Shown one piece after another: positions 28,915-38,071 of a stretch of 64,000 nt of DNA. Every line of letters starts with the position of its first letter. Positions within the stretch are counted from its first letter, which is position 1. Where the stretch lies: the NCBI GenBank assembly GCA_050633305.1, contig JBOEGF010000013.1, positions 64,001 to 128,000 of the forward strand, written 5' to 3'. Both the position numbers and the translations under genes were made by a program. Source of the DNA: Nannocystales bacterium. GTDB lineage: Bacteria; Myxococcota_A; Polyangia; Nannocystales; Nannocystaceae. The notes beneath the pieces were generated by a model. It did no database searches. It was given only the letters and a program-made list of their open reading frames with translations, and was not told where the DNA came from.

Positions 28915-29535
28915 ATGAGACCTCCCGCCCTCGGTGCCGCCGTCCTTGCCCTCGCAGCCCTCGCGGTCTCCCCCGCCGACGCATCGTCTGGAAAGTCGAT
29001 CCTGGACGGCGGTGTCACATGGACCGCGGCATCTGGAGACACCGGGGCGAAGTCGAAGATCATCGGCTCGTCGACCGACGTTCGGGCCGCTTACTCGATC
29101 AAATGGTGGGAAGACACCGATGACCCGTGCAAGTTCGAGGTCTACAACCGCCACATCAATCTGGGTGGGGTGAAGACCCCTGAGCACTCCTGGTGCGGAG
29201 GGTCGCCCGGAAACATGAAATGGGCCGAGCGGCGGGGAGGTGACGAGTACATCACCGCGCTTCAGGTCTGCCTGACCGACAAGAACGACTCCACGAAGAA
29301 CAAGATCAAGGGCATCCGGGTGTGGGGCAAGGACCTTGATACCGGCACGCTCGGCCCCGAGAACGGGCCGGACGAATCCCGTCACACCAACTGCAAGAAG
29401 TGGAAGAACAAGGTCGCGTGTCCGAGCGGACAGATCGCGACCAAGATCAAGGTCCACTACAACGAGTACCAGTTCACCACCCACGGCTTCGCCACCGGGA
29501 TCTCGCTTGGTTGCCGCGACGTCGACCCCAAGTAG
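28915..29535 (+). CDS. Secreted Cys-containing protein, possibly beta-prism/jacalin-like
   Basis: Sec signal (ADA|S), GAGGA RBS, six Cys, and repeated ITALQVC / IKGIRVWG / ATGISLGCR strands. Confidence 0.7.
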   Translation: MRPPALGAAVLALAALAVSPADASSGKSILDGGVTWTAASGDTGAKSKIIGSSTDVRAAYSIKWWEDTDDPCKFEVYNRHINLGGVKTPEHSWCGGSPGNMKWAERRGGDEYITALQVCLTDKNDSTKNKIKGIRVWGKDLDTGTLGPENGPDESRHTNCKKWKNKVACPSGQIATKIKVHYNEYQFTTHGFATGISLGCRDVDPK

Positions 29536-29619
29536 GCGCGACGCGTCCTCTCGGAGCATGGACGGCGAAGCTGGCTCCGGCGGCCTTCCGGGGTCGTGGG
29601 GCACTCGCCGTTCGAGCGG

Positions 29620-29790
29620 AGTATGAAGGGCCCTCGGAGCGGCAAACCGGGACGAACACGACCGCTTGGCAAACTCGAGGCGTGTGGTGGTACCCAGACC
29701 AAAGCGGCAAAGCTGCTCGAGATCTCACGCAGAACGCTCGCATCTCGCCTCGACCGCGACGATATCCCCCGGCCTCGGGAGCGACGTTGA
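29620..29790 (+). pseudogene. Remnant C-terminal Fis-type HTH of a sigma54 enhancer-binding protein
   Basis: LEACGGTQTKAAKLLEISRRTLASRLDRDDIPRPR-stop, with no AAA+ domain upstream. Confidence 0.7.
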
Positions 29791-29847
29791 ACGAAGCATC
29801 CCGGCCCGTACTCTGTGTGACGAGGACTCCAATCCGCGACCAGCGAA

Positions 29848-30168
29848 CTACATCGTGTCGATCGTCTGCGTGAGTCGACGGCACGCATAGTAGACGCTGT
29901 CGGCAAGTTGCCGCTCGAGCTCCAACAGCTCCCGGTCCTGACGGTGAAGGGCTTCCCGTTCCCAGTGCTCCCGAGCTGCTCCGATCGCCAGATGATCAAC
30001 CTTCCCGAGCAACTCGCCCAGGTTGCGAAGGTCGCGATCCCTCCCTAGCTGCGGCACCTCCTCGGAGAGTTTCAGCAACGCCTGAACACCGTCGAACAAC
30101 GGCGCCCGCTTGCGGAGGATGTCTTCCATGCACAGGCGCATGCGAATCGTGGCCGGGACTTCAGTCAT
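29848..30168 (-). CDS. Small helical hypothetical protein (DUF2489-like)
   Basis: DHLAIGAAREHWEREALHRQDREL motif. Family assignment is from memory and tentative. Confidence 0.6.
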   Translation of the reverse strand: MTEVPATIRMRLCMEDILRKRAPLFDGVQALLKLSEEVPQLGRDRDLRNLGELLGKVDHLAIGAAREHWEREALHRQDRELLELERQLADSVYYACRRLTQTIDTM

Positions 30169-30227
30169 GCCGGACGCATGGTGCCGCGCTCCCGGCCTCC
30201 TGTCAGCGGCTCAGGCTCTTCAGGTCC

Positions 30228-30899
30228 CTACGACTCGTCCGCCGCCGGAGTGGCCACTCCACTGAACAACGCCAGGACGTGCGGGCGAATCGTTTTCGCC
30301 AGCCGCCCATCGAGCAGCAGCTCTGGGCGGTACAGCAAAGCCCCCTGAACCGCGCCGCGCACCATGAAGAACGCGATCGAAGGACCGTCGCTGTCGGGTG
30401 CGGGGATGGGCAGCCCACGCGCGGACCGCCACCGGCCAAGCTCGACGCGGAGCCTGGAAAGCAGGGCTACGATCGCCGACTCACTTTCAACGATCAGGGT
30501 ATGGGACCACGCACGCGGGATGTGGTTGAGGAGCGCGCGCCGAAGCTTGAGGTCGCCGTAGTGGTCCGAACAGGCCAGCTCGAGAGCGGCGTCGAGTTTC
30601 TCTGGTGCACTGGCCTCGCCTTCGACGATCGCGAGGAGTTGGGCCCGGAACGACTCGTTTACGCGCCGCGTGGCCTCGGCGAGGATCGCTTCTTTGTTGG
30701 GGAAGTACTGATAGAGCGACCCGATGCTGACCCCAGCCCGTTTGGCGACGTCATTGGTCGTCAACGAAGGGCCACTCTCGATGAGGAGCTCGCCTCCGGC
30801 TGCAACGACGGCGTCGACCAGCGCCTTCGCAGAGACCGTCCCTGCCTGTTTTCGTGGAGCCGGGTCCTGAGTGGCTTGGGTTCGCTTCTTCTCGGTCAC
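30228..30899 (-). CDS. TetR/AcrR-family regulator
   Basis: PRKQ..., LTTNDVAKRAGVSIGSLYQYFPNKEAIL. Confidence 0.93.
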   Translation of the reverse strand: MTEKKRTQATQDPAPRKQAGTVSAKALVDAVVAAGGELLIESGPSLTTNDVAKRAGVSIGSLYQYFPNKEAILAEATRRVNESFRAQLLAIVEGEASAPEKLDAALELACSDHYGDLKLRRALLNHIPRAWSHTLIVESESAIVALLSRLRVELGRWRSARGLPIPAPDSDGPSIAFFMVRGAVQGALLYRPELLLDGRLAKTIRPHVLALFSGVATPAADES

Positions 30900-30995
30900 G
30901 TCGTCGCCCGTCTGTGTCGCCGGCGGGGGGCGTATCGATGCACCCTAACGTCCCAACCCCGACGGTGTCACCTCGCCGAAAGAGTGACACGCCGC

Positions 30996-32462
30996 TCAGC
31001 CCCCGCAGGTCGAACCGGAGCTCAGCCGGGCCACGTGCAGCGTCGTGCTCCCCGGAGCGTCGAACCACGCCCAAGACACGTCTCCGTTGACGTGGGCACG
31101 CATCGGGTCGTCTCGCTTCCCCCATGCCGCCGCGCCGGCGAGGTCGACCGGACCCTCGATGAACGCGCCCGCCGCGTCGACTCGACCCAGCCAATGCGTC
31201 TGGCCGTCATGCCAACCCACGACGTACTGCTCGCTGCCGTCATCGCTTGGCTGCCAGCGCACAGCGGTTGCGTCGTCTTCGTCTCCAGGGGTCTGCGTCA
31301 GCCAAACAATCGCACCCGGCTGCATGCCCGAATCGATTGCGACGAACCCGATGTCTTGGTTCATGGTCGCGGGGTCGTACGACCCCTGCCCCGCGGTTGC
31401 GGCCGCCTGGTGGGCGTTGAAGGTCAGCACCCACCCATTGGGCGCGAGCCCTGCCCCCCCGAGCTCCCCGGCAACGTCACCATTGCAGCCCGCGTCGACA
31501 TCCAGGACATGCGACTGATTGTGGTTGAGGTAGATCCCGCCGATGGCATTCGTCGCGAAGTCGCCCGACGTCCCGGGGAAACAGTCCGTCACGCAGGCGG
31601 GCATGAACGTGTCGAGCCCCGGGTTGAAACGCAACAGGTTGCTCATCGAGTGAGAACAGCCCCACCCCCATCCCGTGGTCTCCGCCCCCGATGCAGCGTC
31701 CACCCACTTGAGCGTGTCACCTTCGTGGCCAGTGTCGGAGTGCACATGGTAGTAGGCGCCGTATCGACCGCCGCCGTACTCGAGGCGGCTGTCACCGATG
31801 CCAAAGTCGGTCGGCGTATTGTCCGGGTTCGTCAGCTCGGTCGAGGACAACTCGCCCGCCGAGACATCAAAACGACGGACGTAGATTCGCTGACCGGCCG
31901 GGTCCCACAGCAGCGCCCCGAAGATCGTATCCGACTCCGCTGCGAGGCCGCGAAGCTCGAGACCCGGCGCCAAATCGATCGAGGATTCGACACCGTCGCT
32001 GCCATCGAGGACCACGACCCGCGCCGTGATCGCTCCAGCGCCAGTCGTAAAGCCAACGAACGATCCGCACCCGGGGCGCGGAACGGTGAACACGGGCGCC
32101 ACATGCAGCGACGAGGTCCCCCAGATCCGCCAGTTGCTCACGCCAGCAGTCGCCCCTTCGGGCACCTCAACATCCGCGACATCGAGTCGGTCGAGCAGCG
32201 GACCGGACACCGGCGGTTCGCCGGTCGTCGCAGTGTCGCTCTCGGTCGAGGGGTCAGTGTCTGAGCCCGGCCCACTCTGCGTGCTCGGGTCGCTGTCGGA
32301 GTTACTGGAAGGACCCGGGCCTCCGCTGGGACTGGACGATGGACCGCTGGTCGAGGCGCCTCCCGTACCCTCCCAAGCGTCCGTATCCGCAGAGTCCGGG
32401 CCGCCGTCGCATGCAACGAGACCGAAGAGCACCCACCAGCTGCCGCGTCGAAGTCCACTCAT
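30996..32462 (-). CDS. Hypothetical lipoprotein (S/T/P stalk plus a beta-rich domain with His/Cys motifs)
   Basis: LVA-C lipobox, stalk, AYYHVH..GHEGD, WGWGCSHS and CVTDC. Confidence 0.75.
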   Translation of the reverse strand: MSGLRRGSWWVLFGLVACDGGPDSADTDAWEGTGGASTSGPSSSPSGGPGPSSNSDSDPSTQSGPGSDTDPSTESDTATTGEPPVSGPLLDRLDVADVEVPEGATAGVSNWRIWGTSSLHVAPVFTVPRPGCGSFVGFTTGAGAITARVVVLDGSDGVESSIDLAPGLELRGLAAESDTIFGALLWDPAGQRIYVRRFDVSAGELSSTELTNPDNTPTDFGIGDSRLEYGGGRYGAYYHVHSDTGHEGDTLKWVDAASGAETTGWGWGCSHSMSNLLRFNPGLDTFMPACVTDCFPGTSGDFATNAIGGIYLNHNQSHVLDVDAGCNGDVAGELGGAGLAPNGWVLTFNAHQAAATAGQGSYDPATMNQDIGFVAIDSGMQPGAIVWLTQTPGDEDDATAVRWQPSDDGSEQYVVGWHDGQTHWLGRVDAAGAFIEGPVDLAGAAAWGKRDDPMRAHVNGDVSWAWFDAPGSTTLHVARLSSGSTCGG

Positions 32463-32630
32463 CCTCACTCCACCCACGCGTTCATTATCGGGGTTCCGAG
32501 GGGTCCCGACAATGAGCCGACGAGGATCGCAGTGGGGGCTGGAGTCGTAGTCCCTCGCCCCCGGACGGGCGGACGATGGTGTGAGGGTGTGCGCGAGGGT
32601 GCCAGACAAACCGGAGACCAATGCCCACGC

Positions 32631-33047
32631 TCACTCGTCTTCGATCAGATACGCGACCAGATCCGTCGATGTCACGATGCCCGCCAGCGCCTCACCGTCG
32701 AGGATCGGGATCGCGTGGAAACTACCCTTCGCCAAGTGAAGCGCTGCGTCCCGAACCGTCGCGCGGGTCTGAAGCGTCACCACATCCTCGGTCATCACCT
32801 CTTGGAGCGGAAACAACTCCAAGTCCTGGGCGACCAGCTCCGGGTCATCGCGATACGGGTCACCCAACGCGATGCGGTGTAGGTCGTTGGTGCTGACCAG
32901 CCCGACAAACCGGCCATCGGACACAATCGGGAGGTGGTGCACCCCATGCTCGAGCATCACCTCTCGCGCGCGCCGGGCGGTCTCGTCAGGGCTGAGCGCC
33001 AACGGGGTGGACGTCATGAGCCGGGAGATGAGCGTGTTGCCTTTCAC
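32631..33047 (-). CDS. CBS-pair domain protein
   Basis: LMTSTP, HHLPIV..GRFVGLVSTNDL, VMTEDVVT and AIPIL...LAGIVTSTDL. Confidence 0.9.
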   Translation of the reverse strand: MKGNTLISRLMTSTPLALSPDETARRAREVMLEHGVHHLPIVSDGRFVGLVSTNDLHRIALGDPYRDDPELVAQDLELFPLQEVMTEDVVTLQTRATVRDAALHLAKGSFHAIPILDGEALAGIVTSTDLVAYLIEDE

Positions 33048-33109
33048 CGTCCGTCCCTGTGCGCGCCCCGGGTCCCGCGGTCCGCAGGATCTGCGCCTAT
33101 ACTCTGGCG

Positions 33110-33706
33110 GTGCCATCGATCGCCATCCTCATCTTTGACGGTGTGGAGGAGCTCGACTTTGTCGGTCCCTGGGAGGTGCTGGCGGCGTGGGCTTCGCAGC
33201 ATCCCGACGACGACGTCCAGCTGTCGACGGTGCGCTGGGGTGGCTCCCCCCACGACCCGGTTCGGTGTGCGAAACGCCTACGGGTACTTGCGGACCGAGG
33301 GCAGCCGGAGCTCGGGGAGCCCGACGTGCTGCTCGTCCCGGGCGGGAAGGGCACACGCGCGCTGTTGCGGGATGAAGCTTTGGCCGAAGCACTCCGAGAG
33401 ACGTACGAGCGCGGGGGCTACGTCACGTCCGTGTGCACGGGCTCTCTGGTTCTCGCGGCTGCGGGACTGCTGGACGGCAAGCCCGCCACGACGCACTGGG
33501 GCAGCCTCGAGCAGCTCGCCGCCGCGGGCCAGGACATCGAGGTACGCGCGGACGCGCGCTTCGTCGAGAGCGACCGCATCATCACCGCCGCCGGCGTCTC
33601 GGCGGGGATCGACATGGCGCTGCACCTCGTCGCCCAACTCGCGTCCCTCGAGCGAGCCCGCGAGGTCAAGCGATACATCCAGTACGACCCTAAGCCCCCG
33701 GTTTAG
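33110..33706 (+). CDS. DJ-1/PfpI family protein (isocyanide hydratase-like)
   Basis: FDGVEELDFVGPWEV, LLVPGG, SVCTG, ATTHW and TAAGVSAGIDMAL. Confidence 0.9.
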   Translation: MPSIAILIFDGVEELDFVGPWEVLAAWASQHPDDDVQLSTVRWGGSPHDPVRCAKRLRVLADRGQPELGEPDVLLVPGGKGTRALLRDEALAEALRETYERGGYVTSVCTGSLVLAAAGLLDGKPATTHWGSLEQLAAAGQDIEVRADARFVESDRIITAAGVSAGIDMALHLVAQLASLERAREVKRYIQYDPKPPV

Positions 33707-34160
33707 GATCGCCGAGCCTCGAAGTAGAGAGAAAGCCGCAGAGGCGCTCCCGAAGGAAGAACGTCCAACCATCGACGCCCGCAGCTCGGGTGAACGCGGG
33801 GTCGTCAGCGGGGAAGCTCTCGAAGATCGTATGAGTGAGCTTCAAGTGCGCCCCTTCTGCGGTCGAAGAAAGTTCCCAAAGGACCTCGGAGTCCCCGGGA
33901 AGTCCCTCGTACCGCCATCGATACCGTAGCGCGCGCAGAGGAACGACGCCTTCGACCCGCCACAGGTGGACGTAGTCTACCCCGTCGGCCTCCACGGTGA
34001 ACCTGGTCTCGAACCCTACGGTCGCCTCGAAGGTTTCAATCGTGGAGAAGAACCATTGCGACATCTCCCCGCCGTCGGTGATCGCCTGCCAGACAACCTC
34101 GGTGGGGACGTCATAAGTCTGTTCGACGATGATCGGTCGGGTTTCGCGTCGGGGTGTCAC
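33690..34160 (-). CDS. SRPBCC/AHSA1 domain protein
   Basis: VWQAITD...MSQWFF, LRYRWRY, SEVLWEL, LKLTH and GWTFFL. Confidence 0.85.
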   Translation of the reverse strand: MTPRRETRPIIVEQTYDVPTEVVWQAITDGGEMSQWFFSTIETFEATVGFETRFTVEADGVDYVHLWRVEGVVPLRALRYRWRYEGLPGDSEVLWELSSTAEGAHLKLTHTIFESFPADDPAFTRAAGVDGWTFFLRERLCGFLSTSRLGDPKPGA

Positions 34161-34346
34161 GATCGAAGCTCCACCGTACCCAGAGACTGGGGTTCGGGCT
34201 CGAAACCTAACACCGCGGTCGACAGCCCGCGTGCGGGTTGAGGCAGCCCGGCCAAACCGGTGGTTCCCCGTGGTTTCGGGTCTCGGTGTGACCAAGGTCG
34301 CGCAGATCGATGGAATCCCGCGAGGTCGGGCAGTGTCAGAGGCCCC

Positions 34347-36125
34347 GTGCTCCAGCTTCCGCGCGTACGCCCCCTACTGCTGCTCAGCCTGGCCACCGCC
34401 CTTGCGTGCACTGATGACACGACCGCAACGGGCACGGACGTCGCGGGTGAAACCTCCGGCACCACCGGCCTCACAACCGACCCAACGACAGGAGCAACGC
34501 CGACCGGAGGCACGACGGCAGTGGACGGTTCGCAGGAGTCGGGCTCGGGGAGCAGCACCACGGACGACACGACGGGCGGCGAGCCCACGCCGGACCCGCT
34601 GCTGTGGCAGACCGACTGCGAAGCCGGCGGCTACGACCTGGCTCGGCTACACCCCGACCTCGAATGCGCCGCGATGGAAGTCCCCTTGAACTGGGACGAA
34701 CCCGACGCAGAGACGATCGTCGTCGGCGCAGTTCGAATCCCCACCACCGCAAAGGAACGCGTCGGCACCTTCTGGGCACTCGACGGTGGACCCGGGGGCT
34801 CAGGTCTGGGCTACGCACTCGACGAGGGCTGGCGAGAGGAGCTGCGCGACGCCGGCTGGGATGTGGTCATCCCCCCGCACCGCGGCACATTCTCCCCGCT
34901 TCTGACCTGCTTTTCTCCGGACTACCTGAGCGAGGACTGTCGCCTCGAGCTCGACGACGAATGGGGAGATGGACTGCAGCACTTCAACACCGTCCAGGCT
35001 GCCCGCGACGTGGGCGAGTTCATTCGGCGCGAGCGCCTCAGTGAGGACGAAGCGGTCGTCGTCTACGGGGTGTCGTACGGCACCTACTGGGCCCAGTTCT
35101 ACGCGGGCGAGTTTCCGACCCAGGCCACCGCGATCATTCTCGACAGCGCAGTGCCCACCACCGCCGACCTGGCGCAGGAGGAGTATCTCGTCCAGGACAT
35201 CGCAGAACAACTCCTTCAAGCCTGCGTCGACGATCCGGTCTGCGGTGCGCGAGTCGGCTTCGAATCGGGAGAAGCCTTTTCCGCCGCGGTGATCAGTGCG
35301 TTGGACGACGGAGACTGTGGGGGCGGAGACGTCGGGAACTGGGAGGACAACAACCTCCGCCTGCTGTTCGGACAACTCATCAACGCCCGCAACTTGCGGA
35401 ACTACGTCCCACTGCTGGCCGCCATGCTGACTCGGTGCGACCCGGAGCTTTCGAGCACCGTGGGCGATGCCATCAACGGACTTTTCGGGCAAGTCAGCGC
35501 CCCCCTTCGACCCTCCGAGCGCTTCCCAGTGGGTGTTCCGCTGGTCGCCGATACGAGCCCGACACACGATGGGTCCCCGCCCGCACCCGCGAGCCTCTTC
35601 TCCGGCCCGCTGCAGTCGACCGTGATCGCCACCACCATGCTCACCCCCGACGCCACCCCGGAGCAGGCCGAGCTCGATGCCCAACGCCACTTCGCATCGC
35701 TCGGATTCGGCACGCTGATGGCCCGGGTCCAACAGAGCTGGGACGACCTTCCGAAGGTCGAGTTCGACCGCGACTTCAAGTCGCAAACGCCGATGCTCGT
35801 CTTCAACGCACACTACGATGTCCAGACCGTGTTCCCGTGGGCGGAGCTGGTCGCCGAGCAACACGGGGCCCAACTCGTCGAGTTCTCGGACGGTCAGCAC
35901 GGCGTCACGCTGTCCAACACGGGTGGCAAGACGTTGGAGGGCGAGTCCTGTGCGCGTGCGATCATGCTGGCGTTCGTCGAAGACCCCGAGGCACCGGTCG
36001 ACGACGACTGCGCTGGCGGCTTGCCCCAGCTCGACGTCAACCTGGTTCGCCCGGACCTCGCCGGAGTGTCGATGGCAGCCTTTGGGACCGACGATCCGTG
36101 GTCCTTGCTGCCGACCGAGTCCTAG
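34347..36125 (+). CDS. Alpha/beta hydrolase lipoprotein (TAP/S33-like)
   Basis: ALA-C lipobox, Thr stalk, ECAAMEVPLNW, GGPGGSG, GVSYG nucleophile, D in YDVQT and H in QHG. Confidence 0.85.
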   Translation: MLQLPRVRPLLLLSLATALACTDDTTATGTDVAGETSGTTGLTTDPTTGATPTGGTTAVDGSQESGSGSSTTDDTTGGEPTPDPLLWQTDCEAGGYDLARLHPDLECAAMEVPLNWDEPDAETIVVGAVRIPTTAKERVGTFWALDGGPGGSGLGYALDEGWREELRDAGWDVVIPPHRGTFSPLLTCFSPDYLSEDCRLELDDEWGDGLQHFNTVQAARDVGEFIRRERLSEDEAVVVYGVSYGTYWAQFYAGEFPTQATAIILDSAVPTTADLAQEEYLVQDIAEQLLQACVDDPVCGARVGFESGEAFSAAVISALDDGDCGGGDVGNWEDNNLRLLFGQLINARNLRNYVPLLAAMLTRCDPELSSTVGDAINGLFGQVSAPLRPSERFPVGVPLVADTSPTHDGSPPAPASLFSGPLQSTVIATTMLTPDATPEQAELDAQRHFASLGFGTLMARVQQSWDDLPKVEFDRDFKSQTPMLVFNAHYDVQTVFPWAELVAEQHGAQLVEFSDGQHGVTLSNTGGKTLEGESCARAIMLAFVEDPEAPVDDDCAGGLPQLDVNLVRPDLAGVSMAAFGTDDPWSLLPTES

Positions 36126-36235
36126 CAGCCGTTGCGCACCGCTTCTGGGCGGTTAGTCGCGAAAAGCCGCCAAAGCGGGACAGAACGGGCGGGCATTAAG
36201 AGGTCGGTTAAGCCGGCGGGCGCTAGACCGGTCCC

Positions 36236-37378
36236 ATGCTTGCTCCTGCTCGTCTTCTGCTTGTCCTTCTGCCCGCGACAGTCCTAGCGTGCAGCGACTC
36301 CCGGCTCGTGGAGGAAACCGACCCCGAGACCGCCCCCGAGGTGCTCGCTGACGACGAGTGCCCCCACTGGCTCCTGGTCGAGCGCACCGGAGACTTTCCA
36401 GTCTACGAGCGTCGGACCTACGACGATCAAGCTCGCCTGATCCGACACGAGACGGGCGGCCACACCCGATCACTCTCCGGAGAGCACCATTCGGTCACCG
36501 AGATCAGCTACGGCGATGGACTCGTCACATCGGTCACCGAAGAGCGAGCATCGCTGGACGACGAGCTCGTTCACCGCGTTACCGAGGTCACGGAGCTCGA
36601 CGTCGACGGCCGCCCGGTTCGGATCCATGGTTGGGACTCGCTTGACCTCATGGCGCCCAACCGAACGGTGTCCTTGGAGTACGACGCCCAAGGCCGGTTG
36701 AGCCTCCACCACCAAGATGACGAGTACGCCAACGGTGGAGTTGTTGACCGAGCATGCTCGTATACCTACGACACGCAGGGGCAGCTGAGCGCCAAGATCT
36801 GCGAAGGCACCAACCCCGACACCAAACACTACGGCTGGGATGACAACGGCAACCTCCTGTTCTCCGAGCTGGAAGCGGAGACATTCACGCACCGGGCCGA
36901 CTACACCTACGACGGCATGCTGCTCACGAGCCTCCTCGCGGACGACTTCGCCCGCTATGCGTTCGGCTACGACGAAGCAGGACGACTCGTCTCCCACGAA
37001 TACGAACGCTTCGACGGCCTTGGGGACGCTGTGGATGAGTACGAGTACGACCCGCAGGGCCGGATGGAGCGACACGTCGCAACGAGACTGGACGGTTCGC
37101 ATTACGACACGACCGTGTTCCACTACGACCCCGAAGGCCGACTGCTCGAGGCCGCCTCGGAGCGCACGCCCCGGTCCTACGCCTACGAACAATCAGGTGA
37201 TGAACTCACGGTCACCGAGCGATGGGGGAAAAACCTCCACGAGACTCGGAGCTACCTCTGCTCGCCGACCCCGGCCACGGGACTCCCCGCGGATACGAAC
37301 CCCGAACCGTTCGGAGGAGCGGACCGAATCCTTCCGACCGAAACCGTCGAGCCCCAACCCTTTCCGACTGGGGCCTGA
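36236..37378 (+). CDS. YD-repeat (RHS-repeat-like) lipoprotein
   Basis: VLA-C lipobox and many YD..GRL repeats (YDAQGRL, YDTQGQL, YDEAGRL, YDPQGRM, YDPEGRL). Confidence 0.8.
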   Translation: MLAPARLLLVLLPATVLACSDSRLVEETDPETAPEVLADDECPHWLLVERTGDFPVYERRTYDDQARLIRHETGGHTRSLSGEHHSVTEISYGDGLVTSVTEERASLDDELVHRVTEVTELDVDGRPVRIHGWDSLDLMAPNRTVSLEYDAQGRLSLHHQDDEYANGGVVDRACSYTYDTQGQLSAKICEGTNPDTKHYGWDDNGNLLFSELEAETFTHRADYTYDGMLLTSLLADDFARYAFGYDEAGRLVSHEYERFDGLGDAVDEYEYDPQGRMERHVATRLDGSHYDTTVFHYDPEGRLLEAASERTPRSYAYEQSGDELTVTERWGKNLHETRSYLCSPTPATGLPADTNPEPFGGADRILPTETVEPQPFPTGA

Positions 37379-37384
37379 CGCGCT

Positions 37385-37642
37385 CTAGTCCGCCGTGGAC
37401 CCCTTCATTTCCTCGATGATCCGCGGGGCGACCTTCGCTCCGTAGTACCCGCCGATGACCAGCTTCAGAACCAAGTGCTGCGCCGCCGGCAGGAACACGA
37501 CCCACAGTTCTCCGAGGGCTCCGAAGGAGTACAGGGCCCCGAGGACGGCGACCATGGCGTACGACGCGGCTGCGAACACGGCTTCGATCGCCTTGAAGCC
37601 ATTGAGAAGTCGCTTTCCGAGTTCAGCCTCCATGGGTCTCAT
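37385..37642 (-). CDS. Small 2-TM membrane protein
   Basis: Two hydrophobic segments with high GC3. Start is uncertain. Confidence 0.55.
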   Translation of the reverse strand: MRPMEAELGKRLLNGFKAIEAVFAAASYAMVAVLGALYSFGALGELWVVFLPAAQHLVLKLVIGGYYGAKVAPRIIEEMKGSTAD

Positions 37643-38071
37643 CGTTTCAGATTGTATCCCGAGCAGGGCTCGCGCCACGAAGGCGGCGTCCCATCCGGCA
37701 GTGCAACCAGCAACACCGGGACCGCGACCGACATTCCACGAGCGCGGCGACGTCGACGAGAAGGAGGGTCGGCACCGACCACCACCCGCCGCGTTCGTCA
37801 TCACGCCTCAGCGGCTGCGGCGCGCGGTGGCCAGACCTCGAACACCGGCTCCGCCTCCAGGGGATCGCGAGGGCCGACCCCGCAGCCGGCGGCCGTGAGA
37901 GTCCACAGGACCCCCTGAGAGTCCATGTCCGCCACAGCTCTGGGTACATCGGAGTGGCTGCCGACAACCATGACCCAGGAGTCCGCGCGCGTGTTCGCGC
38001 AGGTGTCCGAGACCGGGACTTGTCGCGTCCCGCCGACCTGTGCAACAAGCCGCCAATAGGGAGAGACGCCG

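Noticed and set aside
36236..37378. YD-repeat gene as an Rhs polymorphic toxin
   Set aside because: It is only 380 aa with a lipoprotein signal. There is no RHS-associated core (PxxxxDPxG), toxin tip, or VgrG/PAAR context.
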